Source: Octopus sinensis
Lineage: Eukaryota
Assembly (NCBI RefSeq): GCF_006345805.1
Contig: NC_043003.1
Location: 56,792,001 to 56,856,000 of the forward strand
Reading direction: 5' to 3'
Length of the DNA: 64,000 bases
The notes beneath the pieces are model-generated. The model ran no database searches. It was not told where the DNA came from and saw only the letters and a program-made list of their open reading frames with translations. A program made the position numbers and the translations under genes. This document shows, piece after piece, positions 27,891-40,123 of this stretch. How positions within the stretch are numbered: the stretch's first letter is position 1; each line of letters starts with the position of its first letter.

Positions 27891-28607
27891 TATTCCTCTT
27901 AATAATCTGAATGGAGGCAGAAACTAGAGGAACCTAATTAATGACCATACTCAATCAAAATCAAATATATTCATATATTCTTCTACATTAATAAAACGGA
28001 TATAAGAATTCCAAATATAAATATGAAAATACATATAAATAGATAAATATCGATATATAAAACTCAGTGAATTTTAGATTTAAATGTAACGATACAATGA
28101 TATAATAAAAATTTGATATGATAAATCATTAAAAGGGCGTGCTAAAATACCATGATACTAATACAAAAATTTAAATATCCATCTACGGCCAGTTTCAGAG
28201 ACGTGCCAAATAATATTATATAAGTCATATTTTTGAAACTGACACTCCCCTCATCAGGATGTTTTAACACAGTACAGAAAAAAAAAAATACAGAAATACA
28301 ATTATACAATTTCATACCAGCCACTCGAAGTTTTCATGGTATTTTAGCACGTACTTTTAATGTTTTATCATATAAAATTTTTATTATACCATTGTATTAT
28401 AACTTTTAAATCTAAAATTCACCGCGCCTTATACATTAATATTTATCTCTTTATATGTATTATTATAATTATATATCTGGAATTAGTATATCCGTTTTAT
28501 AAATGTAGAAGAATATAGGTATATATTTGATTTTGTGTGTGGGCATTAACTATGTGCCTCTAGTTTCTGCTTGTATTGCCTCCATTCAGATTATTTAACG
28601 GTATATA
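27891..28607. mobile_element. Non-coding fold-back element with ~270-bp inverted arms around an HHR
   Basis: 27891-28158 is an imperfect reverse complement of 28330-28607; ends in TA repeats. Confidence 0.8.
28180..28261 (-). ncRNA. Type I hammerhead ribozyme with intact core
   Basis: CAUC-CUGAUGA-[GGGGAGUGUCAG...UUGGCACGUCUCU]-GAAAC-UGGCC-GUA-GAUG; stem I CAUC/GAUG. Confidence 0.8.
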
Positions 28608-28667
28608 TATATATATGCACGACATACATATTTATCTGTGTGTGAGTGTGTGTATGTATGTTTATGC

Positions 28668-28699
<32 letters not shown>

Positions 28700-28700
<1 letters not shown>

Positions 28701-29865
28701 AGAAAATAGTAAAGTGTGAAAAAACGACAGAAGGCTTAAATGTTAAAAAATATATATATTTGTGTCAAAATGTCTGGAGAATATTGGAAAAATTTTTTTC
28801 CTTCCTAAAAATGACATAATTTTAAAATTTTTAAAGAAATTACCGGTTTCGCGTGTAGCTTTTCAAATTTCTTGTGACGTTATGTTTATATGTATGGAAT
28901 TATCGTTGTTTTTATTTCCAGGAGATTTCTAAATAAGGGGAGGTAGTGAGTGATTTTTTCCGGTGTAGGGGAGATAATCGCTTAAAAAATTTTTTTTCCA
29001 TTTCCTTGTTAATTTCTCTGTGTCAGTATGTTCGGATGGTTGAGTCTGGGTTTGTACTTTTCAATGAAGAATGTTTCCTTGTTCAGTCTCATTTGTGTTG
29101 ATGATCCGAAAGCACATTGGTAAAATGGGAAGATTAAAAATTGTGGCAGTAGTTGCTTTGCGCATTTCTCGATGTGCTCACTAAAAGGTATCATTCTATA
29201 TTCTGGGAATGCAATCTGTTGTCGATGCAGTGTGCATCTGCGCCTGAGTGATAGTCCCGTGGAACCCACGTAGTCTTGGTGGCAGCCCGAGCATTTAATA
29301 ACATAAATTATGTTTTCAGAGGCACAAGTAAAGTTAGATTTGATCTTAAATTTCTGTCCCTCTTTAAAGAAGAATTCTGATCCTTCCAATAGGTTAGGAC
29401 ATGTTGCACAGTTCGATCTACCACATTTTTTAACTTTTGCATCCGTATTTTAGAAGACAATTTTGCCTTTGTGAGAATCTTTTTAAGTGATTTAGGCTGT
29501 TTGTAGCTTTTAATGATTTGGTGTATGTTTAGAATTTCCTTTAATTTTGGGTTTTTATGAAGTATTGGTAAATTCTGGGTGATGATGGTGAAGGCTTCTT
29601 TGTTTCTGGGGTTGTATGTAGATATGTAAGGTAGTATTTTCGGGGAAGGTGTGTTGTTGTGTTGAACTTTTCTTAAAGTTTCTATGTTGATTTCTGTTGC
29701 ACGTCTGATCCCATCCTCTATGAGTTGAGCTGGGTAATGCCTGTCAATTAGGGTGTTTTTGAGTTCTTGCAGTCTAAAGTTCCTGGTATTTTGTTCTGAC
29801 ACTATTGTGCATATCCTTCTTGCAAGGTTGAAGGGGATGTTTGTTTTAGTGTGTCTTGCATAATT
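28700..29865 (-). mobile_element. 5'-truncated Penelope-like element (RT thumb + GIY-YIG + pLTR)
   Basis: HTKTNIPFNLARRICTIVS...; FTCASENIIYVIKCSGCHQDYVGSTG...RCTLH...KETFFIEKYKPRLN; one frameshift near 29450; (TA)n on both sides. Confidence 0.92.
28836..28871 (-). ncRNA. Minimal HHR (C3U/G8A variant) in a Penelope pLTR
   Basis: GAAAU-UUGAAAA-GC(UACAC)GC-GAAAC-CG-GUA-AUUUC, ~140 nt downstream of the GIY-YIG stop. Confidence 0.75.
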
Positions 29866-29869
29866 CTTA

Positions 29870-29911
<42 letters not shown>

Positions 29912-30902
29912 CTATATGTATGTGTGTCTACGCATAATAATACACATTGTAAAAGAGAAACAACATTCACGGTAGAATGGAATGCAGGGTAGTGAAGGTA
30001 ATCCGTAATGTATACACACCCAAAATAATAAAATCTTTTGCCCGTTGTAAAAACAATCCGGATCTATCAATGTATTTGCTAATAAGATACAGCCATTATT
30101 TAGATAGATCGCTTATATCATTTACTGCTCTGCTTTTTGCACAAATCTAGCAGGAACACTCTTCTCGCTTGTCAGCTATTTCCATCTATATATTTGATGA
30201 TAAATCTTCATTTTGCAGGCGCTAATTGTGCACGCACATAGAGACAAACATACATGTACAAATACACCAGGCTACAATCTCACGCGCCAAAAAGGTTCAC
30301 ACATTTATGCGTGATTATCCATCCATACATACACATATATACAAATACACACACATATATATACGTATGTGTGTATGTGCATATGTTTGTATGTGTACAT
30401 TCCATACATTATTACCAGGAAAACATTTACTCCGATGATATATATATAGAGATATACACACATAAAAACAAGCAAGCAAACACACGCAAACACGCGCGGG
30501 CAAACATACACACACACACGCACACACACACACATATATTATCTAATTATTTTGCTGTGTTATTGTATTGATGTAGGTGTGTGTATGAAATTCTTTCATT
30601 ATAAAAATATACAAACACAAATAGGCACTTTCTTACATGCATAAAAAAATGAAATACCCATGCATAATATCACACATCTACAGCGAAACATCTACAGAGA
30701 TACAGTATGCAGCTACATACGCAAAGTCATCTACCCCAGTTTCTCATTGACCATTGGTCACGCAATCTAGCAACTAATAACAAACCCAGATCCACCTCAT
30801 TTAGACTCATTTCACTAAGTAAAAATTCATCAATTTTTATTTATGGTTACAATGAAACACAATCTCTCTAACCCTGTTCTGTATGTATATATATATATAT
30901 AT

Positions 30903-31190
30903 GGGGCTGCTTAAGCCATGAAACTTAAGAACCTAACATTTCTCTGCAACTATAAACACTATTTCTACTGATCTGCTACTACCTGCCGAGCCTTCACAAA
31001 GGAAAAGACTGAGGCACAGACAATAGAAATATTTGCAATACATTTCATTTAATTTTCTCTCCAGTTTAATTTTCTTGTTTTAATCTTCGTTGCAAAGGAC
31101 AAACAGTCTGAAACCGGTACTTACCTTTACAAATTGCATTTCATGATAAAACGTCTTTAACATTTTCTACTTGTCATATTTTCCTTATAT
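30903..31190 (+). mobile_element. Penelope pLTR remnant with decayed HHR (31088-31122)
   Basis: UUGCAAA-GGAC(AAACA)GUCU-GAAAC-CG-GUA; TA flanks. Confidence 0.5.
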
Positions 31191-31479
31191 ATACAAAGCA
31201 TGTGGTTTAGCTTACAGGTAATCAAAATGATCAGGTATGTTAGGTAAGTACTGTAACGGATTACTAAGGCTCAAATTTTATAGGCCAGAGGGTAGTTATG
31301 AACCCAATGCAAATTACCGTATACGACCTGAAATGCTTCCCTTGCTTTAAAGTTTGTTGTCCTCGTTAACAATTTTATATATGTATATATATATATAATA
31401 TTAAGGGTAGAAAGTGATGTTAATGAATTAAAACCAGTGGCGTAGCATATTTAAAAATCTGAAGATTAAAAATTGTTAC

Positions 31480-31662
31480 ATACAAAATTAAGAGGAATGA
31501 ACACTAAAGTAGACACCCTATATGCTAAACATAGACGTCAAATCGCCAAAATGGCATTTGCTGGGATATTTTTCTTGAGAACATATTCTTCGTGGTAATG
31601 GCGATTTGACGTCTATGTTTAGCATATAGGGTGTCCACTTTAGTGGTCATTCTTCTTAATTT

Positions 31663-31668
<6 letters not shown>
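31480..31668. repeat. ~70-bp inverted repeat (fold-back) in a TA tract
   Basis: 31480-31548 is the reverse complement of 31600-31668 with few mismatches. Confidence 0.85.
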
Positions 31669-31751
<83 letters not shown>

Positions 31752-31948
31752 CTGTGTGTCTGTGTGTCTGTGTTTTAGTGTATGTATGTGTGCGATCTCT
31801 ATCTATCTAGCTGCGTAGGAACCACATGTTCCTGTTTCATATTCACAGCGTAGCTACTTGGGCAATTCTTTTCAGTTATAACCTCTGGTTGACCCATGGC
31901 TTATGAGTGGATTTGGTTGACAGAAACTAAGAAACCCTTTTTATGTAC

Positions 31949-32034
<86 letters not shown>

Positions 32035-32257
32035 TATTTGCTATGTCCCGTCTGGCAACCTGTTTTGGAGTGTCTGCTTCCCCGTAACTTGGCGTTTTAG
32101 TAAGAATAGATACTTGAATAGATTTGTTCAACTAAAATTCTTCAAGGCTGTGCCTTAGTATGGCCGCAGATTAATGACTGAAACAATTAGAAAGATGAAA
32201 AGTCTACCAAATTAGTTAGAAATCTAAATGTACTAGCAGAAAACCCGTATTCATATA

Positions 32258-33150
32258 TTCTTTTTTACTCTAGGCACAAAGTCCGAAATTTTGGTGGAGT
32301 GGGCAGTCGATTAGATCGACCTCAGTACGCAACTGGTACTTAATTTATCGACAGTGAAAGGATGAAAGGCAAAATCGACCTCAGCGAAATTTGAACTCAG
32401 AATATAAAGACAGACAAAATACCTATTTCTTTACTACCCACAAGGGGCTAAACGCAGAGAGGACAAACAAGGACAGACAAACGGATTAAATCGATTAGAA
32501 ATCTAAATGAACTAGCAGAAAACTCGTATTCATATATTCTTTTTTACTCTAGGCACAAAGTCCGAAATTTTTGGGGAGCGGGCAGTCGATTAGATCGACC
32601 TCAGTACGCAACTGGTACTTAATTTATCGACACTGAAAGGATGAAAAGCAACATCGATCTCAGTGAAATTTGAACTCAGAATATAAAGACAGACAAAATA
32701 CTTATTTCTGTACTACCCACAAGGGGCTAAACACAGAGTTCAAACAAGGACAGGCAAACGGATTAAATCGATTATATTGACCCCAGTGCGTAACTGGTAC
32801 TTAATTTATCGACCTCGAAAAGAGGAAAGGCAAAGTTGACCTCGGCGGATTTTGAACTCAGAACGTAAAGGCAGACAAAATACCGCTCAGCGTTTCACCC
32901 TGCGTGATAAGGTTTCTGTCAGCTCTCTGCCTTAGAATCTTTTCTACTCTTAGCACAAGGCCCAACATTTGGGGGCAGGGGGCCAGTCGATTAGATCGAC
33001 TCCAGTACGCAGCTGGAACTTAATTTATCAACGACGAAAGGATAAAAAGCAAAGTCGACCATAGCAAAAATTGAACTCAGAACATAGACAGACGAAATAC
33101 GGTTAAGCATTTCACCCAGCGTGCTAACATTTCTGTCAGCGCACCGCCTT
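32258..33150 (-). mobile_element. Cluster of family A SINEs including a ~279-bp local tandem duplication
   Basis: Four reverse cores (TTTGAACTCAGAA-type); TTAGAAATCTAAATG... starts at both 32216 and 32495. Confidence 0.85.
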
Positions 33151-35909
33151 ACTATGTAAGCATATATTGTTATCTAACAATGAGATACATTATAAGACTG
33201 AGAGCCTAAGTGTTGATTGATATAATGAAGGCCTGAATGTCAGATAAATTTTAATCTTTATTTTTTTTCTGTGAATAGTAAGCAATAAATTAATTGAAAA
33301 ATTATTAGTAGCTGGATTTCGTGGCCAATGGCCAATGATAAACAGGAATAGATGACATTGATATGCCTTGCGTAAATACGTGTATACTGTATTTCTTTAA
33401 ATATTAAACTGTAGATATATGAATTTATGCATGAGTAATGTTATTCTATACTTGAGTAAGTGCATTTGTGTACATATTTCTGCGTGTGTGTATAAAATGA
33501 CAACGTTACACTTAATCACATATATTCATACAACAATCCACTGATAACGATATATGTATGCCTGCGTATATATACGCATACATATCTATACATACATACA
33601 TACATATATGTATGTATTATATACATCTATATGTATGTATTATATATATATATATGTGTGTGTGTATATATGAATGTAGTGTACATACAAACGCACACAA
33701 ACCCATACATATATATTATATTACATTATATTATATTTTAAACTATTCACTGAGCAAAACTGTTTTCTATGAGTGGCTAGTTGTTAGCGATCTATTTTCT
33801 GGCCGTAAGAAACCGGCTTCGAATTCTGGTAACGACAGTTGACTACTTTAACGAATTTAATATAATACATATAATTATTTTCCTCATTTTAGATGTTTGT
33901 TGAAGTGGGTTGTCAATATGAACGATTTGAATGCACTAAGAATTTTGAAAGCAGTTATTAAATTCAGCCGTAGGAGAAATTTCTGCGAGGAAATCCTTTG
34001 TTTATTGGTTAATTAACTGGTATTCAAGTATAGCTATACATATTTAATAAGAATATATGAATCGTAGGTGGAATATATGCGGAGAAAATTTGATAAGAGT
34101 AGTGAGCAGAAGTCAACGACATCAATACATTATCATTTTTAAAAATTTTTCTAAACTATGATCAACAAGAAATATACGTTTGTTAACTTTTCTATTAGTT
34201 ATACATGTTGATCTTTTAATTAGAAAATTTCTGTATTTACTTGCAGCTATATTTACATACATATGAAATTATCTGTTTCCCGCCTGGTAAAATAGTAAAA
34301 TCCAGCAAATAATCAATATGACTAAGTAATGTGTTGGATTACCAATACTGTATAACCTTTTCGAATTTATTTCCACCTGAAATTTTAAATACCAACTAGC
34401 TCATTAATCGTTTTGAAAATAAGAAATCGTTATAGTCATTCATATTTTTACCAAAGGAAATATATGAATTTGCAGATTGGAGACCTCATGGTGGTGAGAC
34501 ATTTACAGAAAACAATGAAATTTACTAAAACATGAAAATAAATATTGAATATTGGAAAAGGCTTAAAAATTGTTTTTTCATACAATGAAACTAACAATGG
34601 CACCCTATGTGATAATCGCTAATTCAAATTATGAATTAAGAATACATTTATTCTGCCTTTTCATTTTCGATCGAAATACAAAATCTCAAATTGCTTATTG
34701 ATCGATTGGAATTTTGAACACATGACAGTAATTTAGATATTTTTGAAAGAAATGTATGAATCTAAGTTTTTGGATAAATGTTCATTATTCCACGAGAAAA
34801 GTTGTTCAATATTTTCTTTTAAACGCTTTCTCCAAAATATGTCTCTATGCATTGTAGACAACTATGTTGAAAGGAAACTTTCAATTATATGTTTAACATT
34901 TTATTACTGCGATTTAGTATGCCCAAAACATCATTCGCAGAAATTTGACTCTCTCGAATTTCCAGGCTTGGTTTACTAAATTTTAAGAGGTATATGAAGG
35001 CCATCAGTGCCATTCGTAATCGAAGTCCTACAAAGATCATTGTGCCTCCCCTTTTTATAGAGCTACTGAATAAGACAAAATTCATACCTATGATACAAAA
35101 CAATTATAGAAATATAATATATACGTACAAACTTCCTAACATCAAAGCCGTGTAAGTTCATACTATAAAAAAAGTTCCAGTATACAGGGGTAATGACACA
35201 TAACCACTAATATTTTGATAATATTTTTAATTATCATACATTTTGTTGAATATGTCATCTAACTTTCCCGATAGTAACTTGAATGGGATATAACTTTATG
35301 ACCTTATCGTTTTCCACAAATGATTAATGAACTAATCTGAACAATATTTCTATCCCAGCTGCTCCAGAAACACCAACGAATTTATCTGTCCTGTCTAGCA
35401 TATAGGTAGTCCTATGATGGCTACCTCTTATGTGTTTAAGTGTACACTGTATTTATATGAATAATATACAGTATATTGACTAAATGTTTACACGCTAGGC
35501 CACTGGTAATCGAAATTGCTAATATTTCCGATTACCCTTTGATAATATTAATTATTAATAATTTTTGGATAATTTTCGAACTGAAAAAGTCGGCATTTTA
35601 TTTATTTATTGCCGACAGGGGGGCTGCGCTTGCACGGTAGATTTAAAAAATTAGAATGCATAAGCACGGGGATTGCCTCGTGTATATATATGTAATCTAA
35701 GATGTACCTGCTGAAGAAGGATACGCCTAGCAAATTATATTATTTGCTAAAAAAGTCTGAAACCATTTGTCTATGAGTTAGATGGTAAATGTTTGTTTAT
35801 TTTTCATTCATTTCGAATTTTATCTTTAATAGTGGTTCAGAATTTAACTGTCCTGTATAGCGTGTAGGCAATCCTATGATGACTCCCTCTTATGTGTTTA
35901 AAGGCACAC

Positions 35910-35981
<72 letters not shown>

Positions 35982-36391
35982 ATATACACTTAATCATTTC
36001 GAAGGGAAATGGAAATTAATAGAAATTTTCACTTCCAGTGGTCTAGCGTGTAGAAATTCAATCAAAAATCTATGTATTACTTATAAAATAGAGTATGCAT
36101 TTAAACAAAATTGGGAATAAAATTCGACAGCAATCCTGTCAAATTTTATCTCCAATTTTGTGGTTATAGAACCTAGCTGTTCTTTCAAGCGTGTTGAATC
36201 CTACAGTGGATTCATTATGTGTTTAAATGTACACTGTATTTCATATATATAAGATATATATATATATATATATATATATCTATATATATATATATATATA
36301 TGTATAAGGGTGAAAAGGAACACACGAGTTGATATATATGAAAAAACAAGTCAAAATAGAAAATGCTAAAATAATTTTATAAAGAACATTT

Positions 36392-36429
36392 CAGTACCGG
36401 TTTCGGTCATTTTGAGACCTTTTCAACTG
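36392..36429 (-). ncRNA. Minimal HHR (C3U/G8A) in the 3' pLTR
   Basis: CAG-UUGAAAA-GGUC(UCAAAAU)GACC-GAAAC-CG-GUA-CUG. Confidence 0.75.
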
Positions 36430-38543
36430 TAACGATTAAATAATTAAATTTAGAAAAATTAGAAGAAAAGTTTTTTTAAAGGAATATTTGTATAGTTTCC
36501 AAATTTTAGTGGCATTCTGCCTTTCTCTGACTCCCTTGTTTGCACTTGTGTATTCAAGGTCGTTGTGAATTCTTGGTAGGGTAGAAGGAGAAGAGGGATG
36601 ATGAGGAGAAGGGGTGGAGAAATTTGGGAGTGCCTTGATTGTCGTATTTTGAATGGTCAGTTGCAGTTCAATTCAGGAGAATATTTCTATTGAAAGGTTG
36701 GTTTATGGAATTTGCGTAGGCGTTATACTAGAGAGCATTAGTGATAAAGTTAAGAGGTAGAAGGTGGAGAAGAAGAAGAAGAAGAAGAAGAAGATGACAA
36801 TGTTGATGATGATGATAATAATGAAGAAGAAGAAGAAGAAAGAGAAGGAGAAGAAGAAGATGATGATGATGATGGTGATGATGATGACGACGATGATGAT
36901 GATAATGATGATGATGAAGAAGAAGTGGAAGAAGAAGAAGAAAACAGAGAAGGGAGAATATGAATGGGTGAAAGTAGTGAGGTGTTGTATGACTTGAAGT
37001 TGGCATGTTATGGATTATAGCTGTGATTGGGGCTGATTTGTAATAGATTCTTTGGAATGTAATATTTGTGTGTGTATATTTCTTTTATTCTAAAGTTGAG
37101 GTATCTTAATCGTTTGTCGTAGACCCGTTAAGAAGTGGCCTGTATTTTGTAATAAGATTCTTTACTTATTCGTTGTCTCGAGGTTGTATCGTCCCTAAAT
37201 TGGTAGAGGGAGAAAAATCCTGAAGCCTGGTGTTTTGTTGTTGGCGCAAGTATCTATGTGTTGGCTGAAAGCTATTTTTCTGTTTTGGGGAATTTTTATC
37301 TGGGATCTGTGCAGGGCCATTCGTTTAAGCAAACTATTTTTTGTTTGGCCTATGTACTGCTCTTGACACCCGGAGCAGGTTAGTGAGTATATTAGGTTCT
37401 CCGAAGCACATGTGAAGTTGCTTTTCACTGTAAACCGTTGTCCCTGTTTGAAGGAGAACTCTGATCCCTCAATTAGATAATCACATATCCCGCAATTGGG
37501 TCTTCCACATTTTTTTACTGTCGGCTTCTGTGCTGAAGAGTGAATTCGTGTTAGCTTGTGTTAGGAGACTTTTCATGGATTTAGGCTGTCTCTTGCTTTT
37601 TATGATCGTGTGTGTTTGGAGGATTGTGTTCATTCTGTGGTCTTTTTTTAGGAGGGGTATGTTGTGGAGGATGGTGCCGAAGGCTTCGTTATTGAGAGGG
37701 TTGTGTGTGGAGATGTATGGTAAGGCTTTTGGTCGTAAGTTTTTCTTTGATTTGGGATGTCTCAGTTCCTTGATGTTAAGTTGAAGGGCACGTTGAAGGT
37801 GGATAGTTCCTGGTGATAAGGGTATATTTTAGTTCTTGTAGTCGTGTGTCTCTGGTATTTGCATTAGATACTATAGTGCATATCCTTTTTGCTAGATTGA
37901 AGGGGATATTCATCCTGGTGTGTCTTGGGTGGCATGAATTGAATGGAAGATATTGCTTAGAATCTGTAGGCTTATAATATATGTCTGTTTCTATTACATT
38001 ATTAGCTTTCTTAATTAGGATATCGAGGAAGGAGAGTTGTTGCTGGCTATATTCCATCGTGAATTGGATGTTTACGTCCAGTCCGTTTAAAATTTCCTGG
38101 AATTCTATGAGTTTTTCTATATTTTTATGCCAAAGAATGAAACAGTCATCTAGATATCTCTTCCAGTTGTTTTCTATGTAGATGGAGAAAGGGCTGCCAT
38201 ATCTTTCTAGAACCTTACGATACAGACTGATCTCTAGATATCCTATGACTAGGTTGGCAAAGGAGGCGGCCATTCGTGTACCCATCGCAGTCCCCGATTT
38301 TTGTCGGTAGAAGTTGTCATTGAAGGCGAAGAAGTTATTTTCCAGGATGAATTTAACCCCTTCTATCACGAATTCTTTTTTGATGCGATGTGGTAGTTCG
38401 TTGGCGTGATTCTCTAGCCAGAATTGGATTGCCTCTAGCCCTAGTTTGGTTTGTGTTTTTGTTTTGTTTGTTGAAAACTATACAAATATTCCTTTAAAAA
38501 AACTGTTCTTCTAATTTTTCTAAATTTAATTATTTAATCGTTA

Positions 38544-38581
38544 CAGTTGAAAAGGTCTCAAAATGACCGAAACCGGTACTG
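38544..38581 (+). ncRNA. Minimal HHR (C3U/G8A) in the inverted pLTR
   Basis: Identical to 36392-36429, opposite strand. Confidence 0.75.
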
Positions 38582-38629
38582 AAATGTTCTTTATAAAATT
38601 ATTTTAGCATTTTCTATTTTGACTTGTTT

Positions 38630-38696
<67 letters not shown>

Positions 38697-38903
38697 GAGG
38701 GCATTATTACACATACATGCCACGCGCTAAGAGGGACATTAGTCATTTCTACCAAAAAATGTTACTAATCATACCCAATGCAAATTTTCCAAAGCTAGAC
38801 ATTTAAAAAATGAATTTAGTCTTTATGGGTTAAGTTAGGGTTGAACAGATAGCTGTTCGGCTTTGACGGTACGGGTTCGTTTATTTATGATATGTTCAGA
38901 ATC

Positions 38904-38965
38904 AGTCTTGCTGTTGAGTACGGTCGAAACTGCGATAAGTACGAACTCACAGGTGATACAAGACT
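38904..38965 (+). ncRNA. Type I HHR motif (A6U core; GAAC in this copy)
   Basis: AGUCUUG-CUGUUGA-GUAC(17 nt)GUAC-GAAC-UCAC-AG-GUGA-UA-CAAGACU. Confidence 0.65.
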
Positions 38966-39461
38966 AAATTCATTTTTTAAATGTCTAGCTTTGGAAAAAT
39001 TGCATTGGGTATGATTAGTAAAATTTTTTGGTAGAAATGACTAATGTCCCTCTTAGCGTGTGGCATGTATGTGTAATAATGCCCTCTATATATAAATTAA
39101 TATGTTCAATAAGAAAGAATTATTTCGAAATTTTTCTCTTATGAGGTTTTTCACGCTATCTACCTGATAATTTCTTGTTAAGATTCCTTATTAAGAAGTT
39201 ATCCTTAATTGTTAAATTATATATATAATATATATATATATATATATTTATATATAGAGGGCATTATTACACATACATGCCACGCGCTAAGAGGGACATT
39301 AGTCATTTCTACCAAAAATGTTACTAATCATACCCAATGCAAATTTTCCAAAGCTAGACATTTAAAAAATGAATTTAGTCTTTATGGGTTAAGTTAGGGT
39401 TGAACAGATAGCTTTCGGCTTTGACGGTACGGGTTCGTTTATTTATGATATGTTCAGAATC

Positions 39462-39523
39462 AGTCTTGCTGTTGAGTACGGTCGAAACTGCGATAAGTAC
39501 GAAATCACAGGTGATACAAGACT
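39462..39523 (+). ncRNA. Type I HHR motif (A6U core)
   Basis: AGUCUUG-CUGUUGA-GUAC(17 nt)GUAC-GAAA-UCAC-AG-GUGA-UA-CAAGACU. Confidence 0.72.
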
Positions 39524-39769
39524 AAATTCATTTTTTAAATGTCTAGCTTTGGAAAATTGCATTGGTATGATTAGTAAAATTTTTTGGTAGAAATGACTAA
39601 TGTCCCTCTTAGCGTGTGGCATGTATGTGTAATAATGCCCTCTATATATAAATTAATATGTTCAATAAGAAAGAATTATTTCGAAATTTTTCTCTTATGA
39701 GGTTTTTCACGCTATCTACCTGATAATTTCTTGTTAAGATTCCTTATTAAGAAGTTATCCTTAATTGTT

Positions 39770-39812
<43 letters not shown>

Positions 39813-39818
39813 ATATAT

Positions 39819-40091
39819 AGAACACAAAGGATGTCGCGGTACACGTGTTTCAAGCTTTATAAAACAACTTATTCTTACCAATTGCATGCGGTTCAAAATA
39901 GCTTTAAACCATCAGTTATGTCGATTATACATTGATGTAAGAATAAGTTGTTTTATAAAGCTTGAAACACGTGTACCGCGACATCCTTTGTGTTCTGTTT
40001 TTTTAATTTCATTTGATAAATATATCCTCTCACCTCTGCTACTATCTGGCATATACAGGTGCTACATTTATCAAGTATTCACCCTGAATTT

Positions 40092-40092
<1 letters not shown>
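39819..40092 (+). mobile_element. Small fold-back element with a perfect 60-bp inverted repeat and an HHR-like motif (39888-39979)
   Basis: 39819-39878 is the reverse complement of 39937-39996; GCGG-UUCAAAA-U-AGCUUUA...UAAAGCU-U-GAAAC-ACGU-GUA-CCGC. Confidence 0.7.

Positions 40093-40113
<21 letters not shown>

Positions 40114-40123
<10 letters not shown>

Larger units (their letters stand above)
36335..38637 (-). mobile_element. Penelope-like element (Neptune/Nematis-type RT + GIY-YIG), 5'-truncated, with inverted pLTRs
   Basis: QKSGTAMGTRMAASFANL, WKRYLDDCF, LSFLDILI, DIYYKPTDSKQYL...SCHP; FTCASENLIYSLTCSGCQEQYIGQT; ~160-bp near-identical inverted termini at 36335-36497 and 38475-38637; in (TA)n; frameshifted. 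Confidence 0.95.
38691..39778 (+). mobile_element. Tandem pair (~560-bp period) of non-coding fold-back units, each with an HHR
   Basis: Copies start at 38691 and 39251; each has ~130-bp inverted arms around a central HHR plus a 3' tail; homologous to the 40114-43732 array unit. Confidence 0.88.
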
